Origin: Takakia lepidozioides
Lineage: Eukaryota; Plantae; Bryophyta
Assembly: GCA_030704615.1 (NCBI GenBank)
Contig: JAKLZA010000152.1
Coordinates: forward strand, 1-9,281
Length of the DNA stretch: 9,281 nt
Direction: 5' to 3'
How positions within the stretch are numbered: position 1 is the stretch's first letter; every line of letters begins with the position of its first letter. Positions 1-7,500 of the stretch are shown here, piece after piece. Made by a program: the position numbers and the translations under genes. A model generated the notes under the pieces. It had not been told where the DNA came from, made no database searches, and saw only the letters and a program-made list of their open reading frames with translations.

Positions 1-2018
1 ATGAAGTCATTTCCAAGTGCCGGATCTGCAATTGCCACCAGCTTCACAAGCTTTGACTTGTATTTGGTTCTGGACTTGACACCGGCTTCCTTCAAGTGCT
101 CAGTCAATGACTGCAACGTTTTGACCTGCCCCTCACTTTCCATGAAGAAGCGTTTGGCATGGGCCAAATCCAGCTTGATGTTTGACTGCCAACAAAACAT
201 GCAGAAGCGTTACATTCGATTCATGTGGAAACATTACTGAAAATTGGGGAAGGATGAGCAGAGGGAAATTGGAGGACGACTTACTTCGTATATCACCTCC
301 ACCATTCCATCCATAGTGAGACGATACCATGTCCGGTCTGTTTTTGCAACGGCTTTCTGAATGAGCTCGGGCTCCAGCATTTCCGCAAACATCTGCGGAT
401 CAGTGAGACCAGTTTTCCTCACCCTGTACAGCATGTGTGCCATGTGGGTATGCACGTACGCATTTTCAGTGACCCTGCAAGGCACACTCTCCAGTTCAGT
501 ACACGGAAGCACGGAAACAAACCAGAATGGAAACCGAAATGCGGCACCGCATTTCGAACGTGCTAGGGAGGGTATGAGTATCTTACGAGTTGAGGTCCGC
601 CATGGCATTCTTGAGCAGGGAGGAGTCTGCCGCCTTCACCTTGAGGATGACACACTCCACCATGTAATGCCAGCCAATGTGCTTGGCATGGTTCTGCTTG
701 ATGTACTCCCACCAGGCGAGAAGTCGGTGATTCCGTCCCACACAAAGAACATTTTACCCGACATATGGCCGAAGTCGGGATCACCCTTCAGCGTCGCCTC
801 GAATTCGTGGTTGCGAGTGTGCCAGTGGGTATCCACGTTGACAATTCATCGGCAGTGGGTCCACGAGTTTCGCCGTCCTCATTCTCAATGGAAACGTAAA
901 ACGCTGCCGATCCCAGACGGTACCCTTCTCGAAATGCGAACTTGAGCTTATCCAATCTCCGGGAAGGGCCTGCCTGACGATGGGAGGAGACCATGCGACA
1001 GAGTGGGATTCGAAGAGTCCGCTGGAATACCCTGCTGCCCAGAACTCTGCCAATGCTACTGTGTGTCTCCTCCAACATTTTATCCGCTGCACTTTTGAAA
1101 TCCTCCGGAGACATGTCTGTAGGTGCCGGTAGTGGCTGAGCAGCTGGAGCATCCTCAACTGGAGCTGCACTCTGGGGCCTGTCTGCGGGCAATTCTGCCA
1201 TTGCAGAGGCCTCCTCCGGGCCTGCTTGCTCATCGGTGGTGAGGTCTTGCTGCGAAAGTTGAGCGGCAGCACCCTCCTCCGGTACCAAATCGAGATCAAC
1301 GGTCGATCCCATTGCCTTCGCTGCAGCAGAGTCGGCGCCCCAACATCTGCAGGCGGGAAATCCTCCAGGAACTGAGCTTCAGCTCGTGGAAGCGGTTTTG
1401 CGGGAGATTGTTCGCCCGTCGCCCTGATTGCCTTCTGCTTCCTCATCCTTGCAGGTGAAGGTGTCTGCTGCAATTGAATCTGTCTTCTACCCTGCTGCTT
1501 CATTCGCGTTGGGGGGGGTGAATCGGCCTGAGCCGGTTCAGAAGCCAGTAGAGGGACGGGCTGCTTCTTCTTCGACTTTGCTGGAGAAGGGCCCGACCCC
1601 TGCTGGCGATTCTCCATGACCGAAGAACGCGAGTCGATCTCTGGGACTTTGAACTTGCCCTTCGAAGACGCGTCTTTGAATCGCAGGGGCTAGCCCGGCA
1701 GGAATACCCGCGCTCGGGGATCGGGTGGGTGTACGTGCTGCAGCTAGCTCCTCGGACTCTTCCTGCGGCTCTTCGGATTCCTGCGATCCCTCCAGCACGT
1801 CCACCTTTCCTGTTAGGCATGCAAACATGTTCTGCATTCAAGTCTCCTAGCATTCAGTCTAAGAATTACAGAAGCAAAATGGGGGGTTCGGTGCTCGATC
1901 AGCTGCGCGCAGCCCGATCGCATGGAGCTCTCACTGGTGGCTGGGTTGCCTGAGTGGCCTGCTGCTCGGAGATGGCAATCTCCTCCTGTAGACGCATCTG
2001 CTTCCTCCCCTTCGGCAT
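1..2018 (-). CDS. Spliced gene encoding a protein with a long low-complexity (Q/P/E/A/S) N-terminus and a ParB/Sulfiredoxin-like domain; 3' end runs off the window; about 6 frameshifts as sequenced
   Basis: Stitching frames gives MPKGRKQMRLQEE(ATG 2018, tentative)...ESEEPQEESEE...ENRQQGSGPSPAKSKKK...DKMLEETHSSIGRVLGSRVFQRTLRIPLCRMVSS/PIVRQALPGD/LDKLKFAFREGYRLGSAAFYVSIENEDGETRGPTADELSTW/DTHWHTRNHEFEATLKGDPDFGHMSGKMFFVWDG/NHRLLAWWEYIKQNHAKHIGWHYMVECVILKVKAADSSLLKNAMADLNS^VTENAYVHTHMAHMLYRVRK...TWYRLTMDGMVEVIYE^SNIKLDLAHAKRFF...KLVAIADPALGNDF (/ = frameshift, ^ = intron). The two 3' introns join open frames exactly. Confidence 0.72.
186..284 (-). other. Spliceosomal intron (99 bp, phase 0)
   Basis: On the minus strand, donor GAA|GTAAGT at 284 and acceptor TTTTGTTGGCAG| at 186, with a pyrimidine-rich body. 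It joins ...VIYE to SNIKLD..., which stays open to position 1. Confidence 0.8.
475..586 (-). other. Spliceosomal intron (112 bp, phase 2) containing one copy of the array palindrome
   Basis: On the minus strand, donor TC|GTAAGA at 586 and acceptor CCTTGCAG|G at 475. Splicing removes an in-frame stop and restores ADLNS-VTENAY. Confidence 0.8.
535..556. repeat. Solo copy of the 22-bp palindrome (CGAAATGCGG-CA-CCGCATTTCG)
   Basis: Perfect 10-bp arms and the same core as the 2454-4159 array. Confidence 0.9.
587..1015 (-). other. ParB/Sulfiredoxin-like N-terminal domain region
   Basis: The order of elements is IPLCRM (first strand), VR, a helix LDKLKFAF..GY, and a hydrophobic strand followed by DG[N]HRLLA (712-743). 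This fits the ParB/Srx GxxRxxA signature. One A must be restored at 731-732. Confidence 0.65.
1832..1934 (-). other. Probable first intron of the ParB-like gene (103 bp; alternative acceptor at 1810)
   Basis: Donor CCA|GTGAGA at 1934 and acceptor TGAATGCAG| at 1832 join QPP to NMFACLTGKVDVLEG in frame and skip a stop and a T-rich stretch. CTAACAG at 1810 is an alternative acceptor if one A is missing. Confidence 0.5.
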
Positions 2019-2453
2019 TGGCCTACGTCCGAAGTATAATTTCCGGAGCTTGCGACGAGGTCTCCTGGCTGGTGCACGAACTCCCCCCCTCTCAGGTTCG
2101 AGCATAAGAAGAACAGAGAGGGAAAAGGGCCAAAGAGTGCAGATGGAAAGGGCGCGAGAGGGGTGACTGAGGAGACACGACAAAAGTAGATGAAACGGCG
2201 GTGATGCACCACTTGGGTTCGAAAGGGTTGGACGAAAGTGTCTCCTCGTGGAGTTTGCGTCATTACGAAATTCGAATCGTTGAGGGTACGCCTGCCGTCC
2301 GAAAAAACAAACATCATTATCCAACGGTCAGGCCGCGCCGCCTCATGCCCCTTCAGTCAGATAGAGTGCCGACATGTGCAGCAATTCCGTTGCTCCACGT
2401 GTTCACATTTCAAGGTATTTCCGTCCCAGCGTCTGATGAGTTGGAGCGAAAAT

Positions 2454-4159
2454 GCGAATGCGGCGCCGCATTTCCGTTAAGTACCATCACGAAGCTACAC
2501 ATCCGTACTTGTTGGGAAGAAAATGCGGCACCGCATTTCCGTTCCACCTTCACATACCTTAGTTGTTGAACGGAAATACGGTGCCGCATTTCCGTCCCAC
2601 AGCTCCATGTATGAGATTCAAAAGGGAAATGCGGCGCCGCATTTCCGTTCTGGAATGTCGAAAGGTGCGATTGGGACGGGAATGAGGCACAACATTTCAG
2701 TTCCCGTGGTTCATGATTTTCAATGTGAACGGAAATGCGGTACCGCATTTCCGTTCCCACTTCACATACGTTAGATGATGAATGGAAATGCCGTGCCACA
2801 TTTCCGTTCGGGAAAGTATAGAGGTCTCACCTGGACAGAAATGCGGTGCCGCATTTCCGGTCCGGAAAGTTTGAAGGTCTCACATGGATGGAAATGCGGC
2901 ACACATTTCGTAGCACAGCTCCAGGCCCAATATACAAAACGGAAATGCGGCGCCGCATTTCCGTTCTAGAATGTCGGAAGGTGCGACTCGAACGGAAATG
3001 CGGTGCCGCGCATTTCTGTCCGTTGCGCACGATTTTCAGTCAGAATGGAAATGCGGTACCGCATTTCCGTTCTGTAGAGTATTAACGTCTGACGCTGGCG
3101 GAAATGCCGTGCCGCATTTTCGTTCCACAGCTCCATGCCTCAAATACAAAAACGGAAATGCGGCGCCGCATTTCCGTTTGGAATGTCGGAAGGTGCGACT
3201 CCGACGGAAATGCGGTACCGCATTTCAGTTCCGATGTTTCAGGATATTTCATCAGAACGGAAATGCGGTGCCGCATTTCCCTTTTGAATCTAATACATTC
3301 CGTTCTGGAATGTTGGGAGGTGCGACTCGGATGGAAATGCGTTGCCGCATTTCAGTTCCGATGGTTCACGATTTTCAGTCAGAACGGAAATGCGGTACCG
3401 CATTTCCGTTCTGGAATGTTGGTAGGTGCGACTCGGATGGAAATACGGTGCCGCATTTTAGTTCAGATGGTTCACGATTTTCAGTCAGAACGGAAATGCG
3501 TTGCCGCATTTCCGTTCTGGATAGTATGAATGTCTCAAGCGGTCGGAATTGCGCTGTATGAAGCTGTCGGAATCGCACTCGGCTCCATGCATCAGATACA
3601 AAATGGAAATGCGGCGCCGCATTTCCGTTCTGGAATGTCGAAAAGTGCGACTCGGACGGAAATGCGGTGCCGCATTTCTGTTTCCGTTGTTCGTAAATCT
3701 CAATCAGAACGGAAATGCGGTACCGCATTTCCGTTCCACCTTCACATAACGTGCTTGTTGAATGAAAATGCGGTACCGCATTTCCGTTCTGGAGAGTATG
3801 AATGTCTTTTAAGGACGGAAATGTGCTGCTGCAGCATTTCTATCCCTCAGCTCCATGCATCAGATACAAAATGGAAATGCGGCGCCGCTTTTCCGTTCTG
3901 AAATGTCGGAAAAGTGCGACTCGGACGGAAATGCGGTGCCGCATTTCTGTTCCCGTTGTTCATAAATCTCAATCAGAACGGAAATGCGGTACCGCATTTC
4001 CGTTCACCTTCACATACCGTGCTTGCTGGATGGAAATGCGTTACCGCATTTCCGTTCTGGAGAGTATAAAGGTTTCCCCCGGACGGAAACTCGGTGCCGC
4101 ATTTCCGTCGCTCTGGTGCATGACCAAGATGCAATACGGAAATGCGGCGCCGTATTTCC
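2454..4159. repeat. Tandem array of about 31-33 palindromes (GGAAATGCGG-YR-CCGCATTTCC) with a 53-bp period and higher-order spacer structure
   Basis: Copies start at 2454, 2519, 2572, 2625, 2678, 2731, 2784, 2837, 2890, 2941, 2994, 3047, 3100, 3154, 3206, 3259, 3333, 3386, 3439, 3492, (3545), 3605, 3658, 3711, 3764, 3817, 3873, 3927, 3980, 4032, 4085 and 4138, with a remnant near 4192. Most gaps are exactly 53 bp. The stretch 3380-3413 is a perfect 34-bp palindrome. Confidence 0.97.
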
Positions 4160-4586
4160 GTCCACCAGCAATCGAAAGAATCACTCGGGACGGGAAATCT
4201 GGAACCTCAATGGGTTGCATTGTTCCGAAACAACACAATTGCGGCCAGTCTTGATGAGCACAACTTGGTTGTCTGACCGTTTTAACCAGCAGTCCTGGCA
4301 CTTGTCAGTGCGAACGTTCCTGTCTGCACCGAGAATACTGCTGGATCCACCCTCAGGAGAAACTGTCAGGAGATTTATTTCGTCGCCGAATCGGCCATCA
4401 TTGTCATACTCACTGGCTATGGAATCAAACCTCCCACCTTCATGCATGTAGCTTGAAACAATACTTTCCACTTCAATGTGCGACTTCCAATCGTCGATGG
4501 ACTCCGCAGATCCACTTAGATGGGCCTGTGAGCCTTGGTCTGTCGCTATACTGAACCTCGCACTTGCCAACTCCGTGCGGTGTTCG

Positions 4587-7500
4587 ATGGCTCCGAATTC
4601 CTACGCTATAGTTTGCTGTCCTCCGCAACTTGGGAGAGCCTGGATCCCAAACGAGGGAGGACTTTGCAGAGTGACTGAAACTTACCTTTGTTCCAAATTC
4701 AAGCTCAAACCGGGCACAGTTTATTTGGAAGAAGAAAGGAAGGATGTTCCTGGACAGGTTGACGAGACCATTGTCGTGCTAGGTAACGACGGAGGTTGCG
4801 GAATCGAATGGCACGTTCCCCCGTCAGACACCATCCTGTACCGAGCTGTGGGAATGCCCATTCCCTTTCCGAATCAGTCGCTGCCCACACCATCCACAAA
4901 GGAGTCCGGAAACCGACGAGAGGCGGCCACTGCCAACAGAGAGGTATGCAACGATAATCATTCCGACCTGGACCGTCAAGACCCTCCATAGCTTCTCGTG
5001 TGGACGTATTCGACATTTCCGACGAGGAAGATGATTGCATTGAGGTACCCATGTCCTCCACACGGTCGTTCAAATCCGGCATGGACGTCTCTGTAGGTGC
5101 TACGCATGTGCCCTCGAGCATAACTCCAACCGGTCCATTGTGCAGCTCCTACGACAACATCACCTCGATGGTTCTCGCTCCGAGCTGGCTGCTCTCGACT
5201 ATGCCAAATTCCCAGTCAGAAAGGTAACGTTTCTCGCCTCCCAAGTCGATGGCAATGTCATTTCGAGTTTCCACCTGTTTCTTCGTCAAACAAAGCCTCC
5301 GGGATGTTAACAGACATGGATCGAAAGCATGACGGACACCCCTGGTGTGTGACGAAGACCAGTAGCACGAAAATTGCTGATGGTGTTCGTGTACGATATG
5401 TCCTCTGTGCGGGGAAGCTGAGGTGCCTCAATCCCACCTGCTTCCACTTTCTCTCCAAAGGAGGGCGGAGAAAACGAGACGGATTGGACTGGCACAACGC
5501 ATCATCCATTCATTGTCTCCAGCCAAGCTCCTGCGGGTTCTTTCAAGTGTGCACATTGCAAAGAACCACCGACGTGCATGTCCATGTGCAGAGCCAAGCA
5601 ATATTACGTAATCCATTTGCTCCCGGACTTGACTAGAGCTTGCATACACGTTGGGGTCCACTGCCACCCCTTGGCGAGAGGCAACATGCGTGAGGCTGTG
5701 CAGGAAGCACACGACATCATAAAAGAGGAGGTGAAATTGAGCCCCGGAGCCAGACCAAAGCAGATTCAGCTGAAGGCAGCCCACAAGATTGCTCTTGGCA
5801 AAATCATGTCTGAAGATGGTTCCGACCGAGAGCCCTTGACCGAAGACGAGATGCGTGACCTCTTGGAGTCCGTCTCGCACGTTTGTAGTCCGAATGTGCG
5901 GAATCACATCGTATCTTGCAAGCAGGAGTTCGGCAGGGGGTCGGACATGTACTCAATCCTGGAGGTGAAACGAATGACTGGATATGACTACATCCAAGGT
6001 AGCAGGTTTCCAGGGCAAGGCAGCGAATCCGATCGTTGTTACATTTTCAAAATGTCGACGTGTGGGCCTGGGAGTGGAGTCGACTTGGTCACTCGCATGA
6101 CAACTGGAAACTTGTCGAATGCTTGGGTGATGTTTGATCACATCAAGCGAATTACAAACCATCAGTGGGTGACTATGGGTGCGCATGTTTATGACTATCA
6201 CTCCAAGAGGCTCATGACGATTGCAATCTGCGAGATGAAAGGGGAGGACACACAGTCCGAGATGCATCTGTGGGAGGGCATAAACGAGCAGATGGCAAGG
6301 GCGGGATTGCCAGAGCCCAATTTCAGGGGATTCATGGCAGACAACGCTCAGGCCAACTGGGCAGCGGTGCGGCGTGTGTACGGTGAGGACCCCAATGTTC
6401 CAATGGAGGGGAAAGAGAGATCCTGTGGATTCCATTGGATGCAGAGTCTATCCCACTACACTACCAAATTGTTGCTAGCTCATTCCAGGCTGAACACCGT
6501 GTCCTTTGTACGGCGTGGAAGGATGCACCCACATTTGATGACGCGGAGGTTAAGTTTGCTATCATCGAGGCTTGGTGGAACACGTCAGGTGCAGTGGAGA
6601 CAACCAATCTGGGAGCATTGCAAGCTGGTTGGGGTGGTGGCATTTTCGGTATCGACAGTTCGGACAGTACATGCGGGAGGTAGGCTGCTGTGTCATTTCG
6701 TTCATTTGTCTTTCTGTTACGGACATTTCGATTGGTCCCTCACCATTGTTTGTGTCCTTCTAGGAGCGGTGCTTGGATTCCGACACGGACATGCCGAACA
6801 CGAATATGGCAGAATCGGTCCACTCCTCCTGGCGAGCGTCTTCTGCCGCACATCTGGTGGACGTAGTGACGGCCACAACGGAGGACATCGACAGAGCAAT
6901 CATGCAGCAAGCCACGTACTACAAGTTCCTGAGCGGCAAACAATGGGGCTTTGGGCCGGACAGGGAGGAATTGTTGGTACGAACAGCTTCGAGGTCCAAG
7001 AAGAATCCAGTGAAATGGGCGACAGCATTGCGAGAGAAGATCAAAGGGACGCCTCTGCACCGCAGAGGTGAACACCTAGAGGGGGACGTCCGGACTCGCC
7101 CTGTCAGGCGGAGGATTGAAGAGGAACCCGGGTGCGAAGAGAATTCCTGGAGATCCGACCAGATCAGACAGTGAACATGAGGACAGCACCCGGTCCGTAT
7201 GTTGCCGCACAATGTGTCTTCCAGCAGTGGAAGCCCAAGAAATTCCAGATCGCCGTCGCCTTCACCGGGGATTTCGTGCAACAAATTCCCACCGCTCCCT
7301 TGCCCCACATTCCGCCCGCTGTTATGCAGTATGGCCAAGCCATTGAGGGAGACGACTGTGTCTGCATCACAGTGGAGAATTGCTCGCACAAAGCCGTCGT
7401 TTCGAGGAAGGTGTTCCGCAATTCGTGTGGATACACGACAACGTGTTTAGAGATGATAAGGAGGAATCCAGATGGGGGCTGTCCCTGCTCCTACTTTTAC

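Noticed and set aside
1-945. Plus-strand ORFs 1-240 and 361-945
   Set aside because: They are antisense shadows of the spliced minus-strand gene and have no recognisable motifs.
2454-4159. CRISPR array
   Set aside because: Spacers recur in five families with a higher-order order, repeat variants track the adjacent spacer family, no cas genes are present, and the context is eukaryotic with introns.
2410-4451. Many overlapping ORFs with GNAAPHFR / KCGAAFP / EMRRRIS repeats
   Set aside because: These are translations of the stop-free palindrome in all six frames. The 53-bp period is not a multiple of 3, so a coding role is unlikely.
6470-7071. C-terminal half of the 497-aa ORF (5578-7071) as real protein
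   Set aside because: After ~6468 the conserved transposase motifs continue in other frames, and this ORF reads through the 6680-6763 intron.
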